A DNA stretch of 64,000 bases from Octopus vulgaris (Eukaryota), in the NCBI GenBank assembly GCA_951406725.2, contig OX597815.1, positions 4,464,001-4,528,000 on the forward strand, read 5' to 3'. A program made the position numbers and the translations under genes. Under the pieces are notes generated by a model, which had not been told where the DNA came from, made no database searches, and saw only the letters and a program-made list of their open reading frames with translations. Below are positions 1-13,700 of this stretch, in pieces; within the stretch, counting starts at the first letter, position 1, and every line of letters starts with the position of its first letter.

Positions 1-1125
<1,125 letters not shown>

Positions 1126-1642
1126 GCTTTTTCTAGAGTTGAGTTGGGGGGGGTCTAGCTGAGAAAGGTTCCACCAGTGGAAAGAGAGGGAGAGATAGTG
1201 GGGGGGTGCAGGTAATAAAGGGAAGCACCAGTGGGGAAGGTTGGGTAAGGAGGAACGATGACAAGGAAAGGGTTGGTGCAGAAGAAATAAAAACGTAGGA
1301 TATCACGAGACAGGGAGGGGGACTGGAAGGAGATGGTCGGATTGAGGCAGTGCCAGATTCTAAACAGGAGGTAACATAAGATCAGTGGGGCAGTTAATGA
1401 GCTGCGGTACTAGCAGCTTGACATGGTGGGGGGAAGGGGTAGTACACAGTGAAAGCATATGTGAAGGAGGGGTAGGAGGGAGAGACACACGTGGGGGAGG
1501 AGGAGGGAGGAGGGCATATCCGGTGTAGATGGTGAGAAGTGTTTACCGGTATTGGTGGTGAGAAGTGTTCACCGGTATTGGTGGTGGGGGTGAGAAGTGT
1601 TCACCGGTATTGGTGGTCGGGGTGGGAGGGCGGGGGCACCGC

Positions 1643-2271
1643 CGAATGGCGGAAAAGATGGAAATTAAGGATTGAAGGATTAAAGGGTTAAATTTCGTAG
1701 AGAAAAGATAGGAAAAACGAAGCAGTTATTGTATGAGTACAGACGTTTAACAATAGTAACGAATGAGGTACGAAAGATAATGGGATAAAATGTTTTTGCA
1801 ACTTGCTGCGAATATGAAAGCCGGAAGCCGCTGTTGGAGAAGAAAGGAAGTCTAAAAATTGGGAACCGTAAATCGTAATGGCGACTAAGAAGAAGAAGAA
1901 GAAGAAAAGAAGAAGACGAATGGCGGAAAAGATGGAAATTAAGGATTGAAGGATTAAAGGGTTAAATTTCGTAGAGAAAAGATAGGAAAAACGAAGCAGT
2001 TATTGTATGAGTACAGACGTTTAACAATAGTAACGAATGAGGTACGAAAGATAATGGGATAAAATGTTTTTGCAACTTGCTGCGAATATGAAAGCCGGAA
2101 GCCGCTGTTGGAGAAGAAAGGAAGTCTAAAAATTGGGAACCGTAAATCGTAATGGCGACTAAGAAGAAGAAGAAGAAGAAGAAAAGAAGAAGACGAATGG
2201 CGGAAAAGATGGAAATTAAGGATTGAAGGATTAAAGGGTTAAATTTCATAGAGAAAAGATAGGAAAAACGA
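1643..2271. repeat. Tandem repeat, ~275-bp unit, ~2.3 near-identical copies
   Basis: CGAATGGCGGAAAAGATGGAAATTAAGG begins at 1643, 1917 and 2194; units differ mainly in (AAG)n length. Confidence 0.9.
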
Positions 2272-2919
<648 letters not shown>

Positions 2920-2921
2920 GT

Positions 2922-3220
2922 GGAGGTGCAATGGCCCAGTGGTTAGGGCAGCGGACTCGTGGTTGTAGGATTGCGGTTTCGATTCCCAGACCGGGCGTTG
3001 TGAGTGTTTATTGAGGGAAAACACCTAAAGCTCCACAAGGCTCTGGTAGGGGGTGGTGGCGATCCCTGCTGTACTCTTTCGCTGCAACTTTCTCTCGCTC
3101 TTTCTTCTGTTGGCCTGCTTGCTTAGCCCGCGGGGTGGCGTCATTTGAAGGCTAAAACAATGCAAAGTGCATTGTGACCAGCGATGTGTAACAACATCTG
3201 ATAGACTGGTCGGTCAGGGT
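2922..3220 (+). mobile_element. tRNA-derived SINE (second family); reverse partial copy at ~17980-18141
   Basis: Pol III A-box-like TGGCCCAGTGG and B-box-like GGTTTCGATTCC; the reverse-complement head is present at ~18020-18141. Confidence 0.7.
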
Positions 3221-4204
3221 GATATATATTTATATAAACAAGGATAAAATCATGTAAATGATAATATCAAGTGGCCAACACGATACAAAACCTTGTGGTT
3301 AAATTATACTAAAATAATAATTATATATATACATTATATAATTATATAAGGGAACAGAAAAAACCCTGCTCCATCTTGTAAGAATACACCATTTTCTGCA
3401 GGAGCTAGGGGTGGTTTATAACGTCTTTTGGCATATTTTTACAACATGTTGGAGCAGGGTTTTATATAATCATCATCATCCCTTATATAATTATATAATG
3501 TATATATATAATTATTATGTTAGCATATCATCATTGATATGTTGTTGGTGTTAGGAAGGGCATCCAGCCGTAGAAACACTGCCAGATCAGACTGGGCCTG
3601 ATGCAGCCTTCTGGCTTCACAGACCCCAGTTGAACCGTCCAACACATGCCAGCATGGAAAGCGGACGCTAAATGATGATGATCATTGTCGTTGTTTATTG
3701 TCTGCTTTCCATACTGGCATGGGTTGGATGGTTTGACTGAGGGCTGGCAAGCCAGAAGGCTGCACCAGGCTCCAATCTGATACATATATATACACATAGA
3801 AATAGTGTTATATATACTTATTCTTTTATCTGTTTTTGTCATTTGACTGCGGCCATGCTGGAGCACTGCCTTTAGTTAAACAAATCAACCCCCAGGACTT
3901 ATTCTTTGTAAGCCTAGTACTTATTCTATCGTTCTCTTTTGCCGAACTGCTAAGTTACGGGGACATGAACACACCAACATCGGTTGTCTAACAATGACGG
4001 GTGGGGGAACAAATACAGACACACAAACATATACGACAGGCTTCTTTCAGTTTTCATCTACCAAGTCCACTCACAAGGCTTTGGTCGGCCTGAGGTTATA
4101 GTAGAAGACATTCGAGGTGCCACTAAGTGGGACTGAACTCGGAACCATGCAGTTGGTAAGCAAGCTACATACTACACAGCCACTCCTGCGCCTATTAATA
4201 ATAT

Positions 4205-4603
4205 TTACTCTTTTACTTGTTTCAGTCATTTGACTGCGGCCATGCTGGAGCACTGCCTTTAGTCGAGCAAATCGACCCCAGGACTTATTCTTTGTAAGCC
4301 CAGTACTTATTCTATCGGTTTCTTTTGCCGAACCGCTAAGTGACGGGGACATAAACACACCAGCATCGGTTGTCAAGCAATGCTAGGGGGACAAACACAG
4401 ACACACAAACATACATATATATATATCTATATAGATATATACGACAGGCTTCTTTCAGTTTCCGTCTACCAAATCCACTCACAAGGCATTGGTCGGCCCG
4501 AGGCTATAGCAGAAGACACTTGCCCAAGATGCCACGCAGTGGGACTGAACCCGGAACCATGTGGTTGGTTAGCAAGCTACTTACCACACAGCCACTCCGC
4601 CGC
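4205..4603 (-). mobile_element. tRNA-derived CORE-type SINE, full length; adjacent older copy at ~3815-4192
   Basis: Reverse complement of the 20897-21295 copy: A box TGGCTGTGTGG, B box GGTTCAGTCCC, CORE-like CTTGGGCAAGT, AAACAAGTAAAAGAG tail. Confidence 0.85.
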
Positions 4604-5149
4604 CTATTGTATATACTTAAATGTACCTACACACATGGTTATGCAAATCTACAGCTTCTCTGTATCCTCCTACCAAGTTTATCCTACTTCAACTAAAGCT
4701 CTGTGTGTGTTTGTTTGTTTGTGTTCATGTGTAAACGTGTATTTAGTATCTATCGACGACATAACTTTTCCCAGTTTCAGTGTTCCTCTATCGACTTCAA
4801 CCCCTTATATTAAATCTTTCTGTCTTTCTTTAACTCCCTCCTTCTCTATATGATGCAAAGAATGGCAGGAGAAACCAACCAACCAACATTGAAGTCGGCT
4901 ATTATAGATATAGAAAGATGATATCTGATTCGACCCTCACCCCGTGGCCCACATTTCCTTGTTATTGTTATCAAGTGGTACATAGTGGGATCCTCCTCCC
5001 ATGACCCAAGTCTTTAAAACCCGTCCCCTTTGCACAATTGTTATTATCTGTCATTATTCTCTCATATGATATCTGGAGAGGCCCTGCCGACTACATGGCT
5101 ATAAACCCACCTCCTGGGGATGACATTCTTTTATGGCATATGTAGAAAA

Positions 5150-5710
5150 AAGGGCAGTAGCATTTTTATAAACCCTTAAAGATGTAGAGCACAATTTTAT
5201 ATTTTTTCTATTTTGTTACATTGTAAAACATAAAGGCTCAATTTTTCTTTTTTACTGACTAAAATTATAGTTATGAAAGCCCTAATTTTTCTAGCCTCTA
5301 AAATTATAAGCATAAAGGCTGTTTGGGGGTTTTTTTTCTGCCCCTAACATCGTATTGCATAAACACATTTTTACTCTGAAAACTGTGACGTTGACATTGT
5401 TTTTTACTCCCTAAACTTGTAGAGCAGAAAGCTCTATTTTTCTAACACCTAAAATTGTTGATTATAGAGGCTCCACTAAAATTGCATGATATACTGACCC
5501 TGCATTGTATTTACTCCCTAATATTGTAGAATATAGGGGCTCTGTATTTTTACCCTTGACTAAAAATTGTTGGCATAAAGGCTCCGTTTCTTCTATTCTG
5601 TAATATTGTATAGCATAGAAGCTGCATATTTTTCTGCTACTAAAATTATGTGACAAAAGCACCATATTTTTCTAACCCCTAAAATTGTAGAGCATAGATA
5701 CTTTGTATTT
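5150..5710. repeat. Degenerate AT-rich minisatellite, ~40-bp unit
   Basis: Recurrent CTAAAATTGTAGAGCATAAAGGCTC..TTTTT(C)TA motif at roughly 40-bp spacing. Confidence 0.6.
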
Positions 5711-6267
5711 TCTTGCAATGTTGACGTGTCAATAACACATCACCTATTCCTTTGCCTACAGGACATCACCATGTTCTATCATTATCGTTCAAAACTAATG
5801 CTAATTAGGGTCACCTGCCCCTCATAACACAGTAACCATTGGGATTTATTCACCCTTAAAGTACAAGCAACACTAAGATTTGTTTGGGATGTTTAGCTGT
5901 CACATCTTGCTTGAAGAAACCTGGGGGACAGTAGTATCAGTCAAATTTAACCCAATACATGACTGGTATTTTCTATTTGAGACAATGAGGAAAAAAGATG
6001 TTATAGTGTTCATGCCTTTCTTAGTGAAATTAGAATCAACGAAGGTTTCGGGTTCAGTCCCACTGCGTGGCACTTTGGGTAGGTGTCTTCCGCTATAGCC
6101 CCGAGCCGACCGAAGCTTTGTGATTGAATTCGGCAGGCGGAAGTTACTGTCGTGTGTGTATATGTGCGTGTAGGTGCTTGTGCCTCTCCGAAAGAGAGAG
6201 AGGGAAGGATTACTACTGAATGGCAAAACCGTTGTAGAAGAGAGAAAAAGTGTGTATGCATCTCCTT

Positions 6268-6700
6268 GTCATCATCATCATCGTCTAATATCTGCCTTCC
6301 ATGCTAGCATGGGTGGGATGGTTTCACAAAAGCCAACCAGGCAGAAGCCTGCACCAGACTTCTGTGACTGTTTTGGCAGGATTTTTACAGCTGGATGCCC
6401 TTTCTAACATCAACCATTCAGCAGAGTGGACTTAGTGCTTTTTAGGTGGCACAAGCACAGGTGAGGTCAGTTTTGGCAAGGCCTTTGCAGCTGGATGTCC
6501 TTCCTAACACCAACCACTCTGCAGAGTGGACTTAGTGCTTTTTAGGTGGCACAAGCACAGGTGAGGTCAGTTTTGGCGAGGCTTTTACAGCTGGATGTCC
6601 TTCCAAATGCCAACAACTCAGCAGAGTGGACTTAGTGCTTTTTAAGTGGCACAAGCGAAGGTGAGGTCAGTAGTGCTTTTTATGTAGCACAAGCTCAGGT
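6268..6700 (-). mobile_element. Diverged RTE-tail element with internal 100-bp triplication
   Basis: (CAT)n start; GCAGAGTGGACTTAGTGCTT at 6421, 6521 and 6621. Confidence 0.75.
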
Positions 6701-8002
6701 GTACACAATAGTCAGAAATGAGTGTCACCAACTAACAAGCAGTGTCCTTTGTGGTCAGTCTTTTTAAGGAAATATTATCTAACTTGAAAACAGGTGAGGG
6801 TCCGGCTACAGCAAAGACACCTGGCCTTCAAAAATCTGAACCATGTGAATGGAAAAGTGAATGTTAAAACAAAGAGATACATCTTCTTAGTTTCTCTCCA
6901 CCAAATTCACTCACAAGGCTTGGGTTGGACCAGAGCAATGGTAAAAGACATTCTCTCAAGGTGTGGCAAAATGGGAAACTTCAAATCACCTGGTTGAGAG
7001 GTAAACTTCGTACTGTATAGCCATGCCTGTGCATATGTGTGCAGGTATGTATATATATATATATATATCATCATTTAACGTCCGTTTTCCGTGCTAGCAT
7101 GGGTTGGACAGTTCGACCAGGGTCTGGTAAGCCATGGAGGGCTGCACCAGGCTCCAGTCTGATTTGGCAGTGTTTCTACACCTGGATGCCCTTCCTAATG
7201 CCAACTACTCCATGAGTGTAGTGGGTGCTTTTTACATGCCACTGTCACAGGGCCAGAGGATGCTGGCAAACGGCCACGATCGGGTGGTGTTTTTACATGT
7301 CACCGACACAGACGCCAGTCAGGCGGCGCTGGCATCTGCCACGTTCAGACGGTGCTTTTTATGTGTCACCAGCACGGTTGTCTTAACTACAGTTTCCATT
7401 GTATATACATGTGGCCATGCTGGAGCACTGCCTTTAGTCGAACAAACTGACGCCCCAGGACTTATTCTTTGTGAGCCTAGTACTTATTCTATTGGTCTCT
7501 TTTGCTGAACCGCTAAGTTACGGGGACAAGCATAGACACACACACACACACACACACACAAATATATACAAAGCAGCATAGTTATTGCCTGACAAATTTT
7601 CTCCAAGCTGTACACGACTCCCAAATCATCCCGGAAAATAATGTATGAAAAAAAAAAAAAAAAAAAATCTAAATCCAAGGTCAATTTGGAATAAAAGTAA
7701 GGATTCAAAAACGAGATGTTGAAAAGCTGATAGTTGTAATGGAATGCAAGTAGAGTTGAAGTGTTAGTGACACATAGAGAAACATCGGTTTGTGATATCA
7801 AACTATATTTTTTCCTCTTAATCTCCTTAGTCATCTCTCCTTCTTCTCCTTCTTCTTCTCCTTCTTCTTCTTTCTCAGATGTCAAATTCAAAACAGTATA
7901 TTGTTATGACTCAAGTTGTTAATATATTCTCTATTTATAAATAGTATTTTCAAAAACTTAGTATTGCAGCAATAGAAGGTGGGAAAATAATTTATCCTTT
8001 AA

Positions 8003-8223
8003 CCCTTTAGTGTTTGCATTATTCTACCAAAATTAATGCTTCTTCGTCTACATTCTTTTGAATTAATCATGCATTATCTCGTAGCTATGAGATTTTGATG
8101 AGGAAGCTGTTAATTTTTAAAACGATTTTGTAGGGTTGGTGTGAGAGACCAGATCTGGCCAGTTTGAACATAAAACAAGCAGAATACTTTTGGCCGGATA
8201 TGGCCGGTTTAAATGCTAAAGGG
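8003..8223. mobile_element. piggyBac-type MITE; related copies ~43977-44555 (with nested SINE) and ~62118-62265
   Basis: TTAA|CCCTTTAG ... CTAAAGGG|TTAA: terminal inverted repeats with a TTAA target duplication. Confidence 0.8.
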
Positions 8224-8541
8224 TTAAATGTATCATATTTAAAGTTGTTTATATTTCAAAATAATGTTCAGGTTATTATGTGCTGTATAAATTGGGGGCT
8301 ATTAATTTTTATAATGTTTGAATTAAATGAATATGAAAGACTTCCTTGGGGAAACATTATAATCACTTCTCTCTCTCTCACACACAATTCTTATTCAACT
8401 GTAAAATTACATAAGTGCCTCAAGGGCCAACTGAATGTATACACGTGTGTTTTGGTTTCTCTTAGTGCCTCCGACACCAAGCAATAGTAGTAAATGAGTG
8501 TTGCTGTCATCCAAGGGATGTGTGGTGTTCCCAATTATCCG

Positions 8542-11500
8542 CATCATCATTTAATGTCTGCTTTCCATGCTGGCATGGGTTGGACGGTTTGACTGGGGAC
8601 TGGGAAGCCAGGAGGCTGCACCAGGCTCCAGTCTGATCAGGCAGTGTTTCTAAAGCTTGATGCCCTTCCCAACGTCAACCTTCCCTAGAGTGTAGTGAAT
8701 GCTTTTTATGTGCCACCAGCACGAGGGCCAGTCAGTTGACACTGGCATCGGCCATGTTCAGATGATGGTTTTAACATGCCACTGGCACGGGAGCCAGACA
8801 GGTGGCACTGGCTTCAACCACATTCAGATGGTGCTTTTTATGTGCCACTGACACAAGAGCCAGACAGGTGGCACTGGCTTCAACCACATTCAGATGGTGC
8901 CTTTTATGTGCCACTGACACAAGAGCCAGTCAGGTGGCACTGGCATCAACCATGTTCAGATGGTGCCTTTTATGTGCCACTGACACAAGAGCCAGTCAGG
9001 TGGCACTGGCATTAACCATGTTCAGATGGTGCCTTTTATGTGCCAATGACACAAGAGCCAGTCAGGTGGCACTGGCATCAACCATGTTCAGATGGTGCCT
9101 TTTATGTGCCACTGACACAAGAGCCAGTCAGGTGGCACTGGCATCAACCACATTCAGATGGTGCCTTTTATGTGCCACTGACACAAGAGCCAGTCAGGTG
9201 GCACTGGCATTAACCATGTTCAGATGGTGCCTTTTATGTGCCACTGACACAAGAGCCAGTCAGGTGGCACTGGCATCAACCATGTTCAGATGGTGCCTTT
9301 TATGTGCCACTGACACAAGAGCCAGTCAGGTGGCACTGGCATCAACCACATTCAGATGGTGCCTTTTATGTGCCACTGACACAAGAGCCAGTCAGGTGGC
9401 ACTGGCATTAACCATGTTCAGATGGTGCCTTTTATGTGCCACTGACACAAGAGCCAGTCAGGTGGCACTGGCATCAACCATGTTCAGATGGTGCCTTTTA
9501 TGTGCCACTGACACAAGAGCCAGTCAGGTGGCACTGGCATCAACCACATTCAGATGGTGCCTTTTATGTGCCACTGACACAAGAGCCAGTCAGGTGGCAC
9601 TGGCATTAACCATGTTCAGATGGTGCCTTTTATGTGCCACTGACACAAGAGCCAGTCAGGTGGCACTGGCATCAACCATGTTCAGATGGTGCCTTTTATG
9701 TGCCACTGACACAAGAGCCAGTCAGGTGGCACTGGCATCAACCACATTCAGATGGTGCCTTTTATGTGCCACTGACACAAGAGCCAGTCAGGTGGCACTG
9801 GCATTAACCATGTTCAGATGGTGCCTTTTATGTGCCACTGACACAAGAGCCAGTCAGGTGGCACTGGCATCAACCATGTTCAGATGGTGCCTTTTATGTG
9901 CCACTGACACAAGAGCCAGTCAGGTGGCACTGGCATCAACCACATTCAGATGGTGCCTTTTATGTGCCACTGACACAAGAGCCAGTCAGGTGGCACTGGC
10001 ATTAACCATGTTCAGATGGTGCCTTTTATGTGCCACTGACACAAGAGCCAGTCAGGTGGCACTGGCATTAACCATGTTCAGATGGTGCCTTTTATGTGCC
10101 ACTGACACAAGAGCCAGTCAGGTGGCACTGGCATCAACCATGTTCAGATGGTGCCTTTTATGTGCCACTGACACAAGAGCCAGTCAGGTGGCACTGGCAT
10201 CAACCACATTCAGATGGTGCTTTTTATGTGCCACTGACACAAGAGCCAGTCAGGTGGCACTGGCATTAACCATGTTCAGATGGTGCCTTTTATGTGCCAC
10301 TGACACAAGAGCCAGTCAGGTGGCACTGGCATCAACCATGTTCAGATGGTGCCTTTTATGTGCCACTGACACAAGAGCCAGTCAGGTGGCACTGGCATCA
10401 ACCACATTCAGATGGTGCTTTTTATGTGCCACTGACACAAGAGCCAGTCAGGTGGCACTGGCATCAACCATGTTCAGATGGTGCCTTTTATGTGCCACTG
10501 ACACAAGAGCCAGTCAGGTGGCACTGGCATCAACCATGTTCAGATGGTGCCTTTTATGTGCCACTGACACAAGAGCCAGTCAGGTGGCACTGGCATTAAC
10601 CATGTTCAGATGGTGCCTTTTATGTGCCACTGACACAAGAGCCAGTCAGGTGGCACTGGCATCAACCACATTCAGATGGTGCCTTTTATGTGCCACTGAC
10701 ACAAGAGCCAGTCAGGTGGCACTGGCATTAACCATGTTCAGATGGTGCCTTTTATGTGCCACTGACACAAGAGCCAGTCAGGTGGCACTGGCATTAACCA
10801 TGTTCAGATGGTGCCTTTTATGTGCCACTGACACAAGAGCCAGTCAGGTGGCACTGGCATCAACCACATTCAGATGGTGCCTTTTATGTGCCACTGACAC
10901 AAGAGCCAGTCAGGTGGCACTGGCATTAACCATGTTCAGATGGTGCCTTTTATGTGCCACTGACACAAGAGCCAGTCAGGTGGCACTGGCATCAACCACA
11001 TTCAGATGGTGCTTTTTATGTGCCACTGACACAAGAGCCAGTCAGGTGGCACTGGCATCAACCACATTCAGATGGTGCCTTTTATGTGCCACTGACACAA
11101 GAGCCAGTCAGGTGGCACTGGCATTAACCATGTTCAGATGGTGCCTTTTATGTGCCACTGACACAAGAGCCAGTCAGGTGGCACTGGCATTAACCACATT
11201 CAGATGGTGCCTTTTATGTGCCACTGACACAAGAGCCAGTCAGGTGGCACTGGCATCAACCACATTCAGATGGTGCCTTTTATGTGCCACTGACACAAGA
11301 GCCAGTCAGGTGGCACTGGCATCAACCATGTTCAGATGGTGCCTTTTATGTGCCACTGACACAAGAGCCAGTCAGGTGGCACTGGCATTAACCACATTCA
11401 GATGGTGCCTTTTATGTGCCACTGACACAAGAGCCAGTCAGGTGGCACTGGCATTAACCATGTTCAGATGGTGCCTTTTATGTGCCACTGACACAAGAGC

Positions 11501-12640
11501 CAGTCAGGTGGCACTGGCATCAACCATGTTCAGATGGTGCCTTTTATGTGCCACTGACACAAGAGCCAGTCAGGTGGCACTGGCATCAACCATGTTCAGA
11601 TGGTGCCTTTTATGTGCCACTGACACAAGAGCCAGTCAGGTGGCACTGGCATTAACCATGTTCAGATGGTGCCTTTTATGTGCCACTGACACAAGAGCCA
11701 GTCAGGTGGCACTGGCATCAACCACATTCAGATGGTGCCTTTTATGTGCCACTGACACAAGAGCCAGTCAGGTGGCACTGGCATTAACCATGTTCAGATG
11801 GTGCTTTTTATGTGCCACTGACACAAGAGCCAGTCAGGTGGCACTGGCATCAACCATGTTCAGATGGTGCCTTTTATGTGCCACTGACACAAGAGCCAGT
11901 CAGGTGGCACTGGCATTAACCATGTTCAGATGGTACCTTTTATGTGCCACTGACACAAGAGCCAGTCAGGTGGCACTGGCATTAACCACATTCAGATGGT
12001 GTTTTTATGTGCCACTGACACAAGAGCCAGTCAGGTGGCACTGGCATTAACCATGTTCAGATGGTGCTTTTTATGTGCCACTGACACAAGAGCCAGTCAG
12101 GTGGCACTGGCATCAACCACATTCAGATGGTGCCTTTTATGTGCCACTGACACAAGAGCCAGTCAGGTGGCACTGGCATCAACCATGTTCAGATGGTGCC
12201 TTTTATGTGCCACTGACACAAGAGCCAGTCAGGTGGCACTGGCATCAACCATGTTCAGATGGTGCCTTTTATGTGCCACTGACACAAGAGCCAGTCAGGT
12301 GGCACTGGCATCAACCACATTCAGATGGTGCCTTTTATGTGCCACTGACACAAGAGCCAGTCAGGTGGCACTGGCATCAACCATGTTCAGATGGTGCCTT
12401 TTATGTGCTACTGACACAGGACTCAGTCAGGTGGCACTGGCACAGGAGCCAGTCATGGGGTACTGGCATCAACCACGTTCGGATGGTGCTTTTTACGTGC
12501 CACTGGCACAGGGAGCCAGTCAGGCAGCACTGGCATCGACCACAACTACAATTTCCATTTTGATTCTACTTAGGTCTTCTCAAGTGCAGCGCATCACTTG
12601 ATGATACAAGGGTACTTTTAAATGGGGCTGGTCATATGAC
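8542..12640 (-). mobile_element. RTE-family 3'UTR copy containing the expanded 66-bp array
   Basis: Starts with the reverse tail (CATCATCATTTAATGTCTGCTTTCCATGCTGGCATGGGTTGGACGG). After the array it continues CACAACTACAATTTCCATT...AAGGGTACTTT, matching the reverse of 41695-41805. Confidence 0.8.
8700..12500. repeat. 66-bp minisatellite, ~57 copies, very homogeneous
   Basis: Unit GCCACTGACACAAGAGCCAGTCAGGTGGCACTGGCAT(C/T)AACCA(TG/CA)TTCAGATGGTGC(C/T)TTTTATGT, repeated without spacers. Confidence 0.97.
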
Positions 12641-12937
12641 ATTGGTATCATCCACGTCTGTGAAAACCTGTCTGGCAAGGAGAAAACATTATTTTGCTTT
12701 GAAAATGGATGAGGGTTGACAATAGGAAGCAAGCATCCAGGAGTAGAAAATCTGCCACAACAAATTCCACCTGACTCATACAAGCATGGAAAAGTGGATG
12801 TTCAAGCATTATGATGATCAATCTAATGGCTGGAATTTTACTCCTGCCCCCCACCCCGCCCACACACACACTCTATATTAGCATTTGTTTTTATATTTAG
12901 TTATAATAAAAACATATTTCATTGTGTCCGGGTTGAG

Positions 12938-13198
12938 CCATTCTCTTTTAGTGCCTTATTACTTTAACACACTCACCGGTCTGATTTCCGCTCGTTTATT
13001 TAATTATTTATTTTTACTAAAATTTCCATTGCATCTTGCACCTTTTCCAATAGTCATTGACTCCGTCTGTTATCAGAACTGCGTTCATTCTTTATAAGAT
13101 GCAATGAAAATTTTAGTAAAAAAAAAAAAAAAAAAAAGTGAATGAGTGGAAATCGGACTGGTGAGAGTGTTAACTTAGTAAGGCACTAAAAGAGAATG
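12938..13198. repeat. Imperfect foldback, ~100-bp arms with ~55-bp spacer
   Basis: CATTCTCTTTTAGTGCCTTA...TTTACTAAAATTTCCATTGCATCTT versus AAGATGCAATGAAAATTTTAGTAAA...TAAGGCACTAAAAGAGAATG. Confidence 0.8.
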
Positions 13199-13303
13199 AC
13201 CCTCCTCAGAGACACACGAATTCACTTGAAGAACCTTTCAAACCAAATACAAAAACAAATATAAATAATAATAATAATAATAAAAACAGTTTTTATAAAT
13301 ATA

Positions 13304-13700
13304 CTAGCAGTATCGCCCGGCGTTGCTCGGGTTTGTAAGGGAAATAACTATATAAGCATTTTTAGAGATGTAAAGTATAATAGCCATCTCAATATGGCTA
13401 ACCACAAAGGGGGGGTGTTACTGTAGCTTTTTACGTTCTGAGATTTAATAATAAATTTTTAGAGAGTTACTTCCCTTATATATGCCAAAAATGCATTAAA
13501 AATGGGAAAAATTGATGGTAAATTTTTTTTTAAATCGTAGACTCATCGTAGACGTGCGCTAATACCCAGAAGGGCTCGATATGAATCACGACTATAAGAT
13601 ACCCGGTTTTGGTTAAACTGCATCGCAAAATGTGGGAGTAGTTAGGAATCTAAATCATAGGAGACAGACTCTCACACAACCTCTCTTTTATATATAAAGA
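13304..13700 (-). mobile_element. Non-autonomous Helitron (397 bp)
   Basis: On the minus strand: A|TC 5' end (13700), GC hairpin CCCGAGCAACGCCGGG (13316-13331) just before the CTAG|T 3' end (13304); inserted between A and T. Confidence 0.75.

Noticed and set aside
7840-7920. Acceptor-like TTCTCAG as an upstream RGS (DEP/DHEX) exon; also 18661-18720
   Set aside because: No recognisable R7 RGS peptide follows; upstream exons probably lie outside the window.
8700-12500. CRISPR-like array of palindromic repeats
   Set aside because: No unique spacers, no cas genes, eukaryotic context.
8802-12601. 1082-aa and 201-aa repetitive ORFs
   Set aside because: Artefact of a 66-bp (22-codon) unit that lacks stops in one frame; it lies antisense within a LINE 3'UTR, has no domain, and is broken by a 1-nt deletion near 12000.
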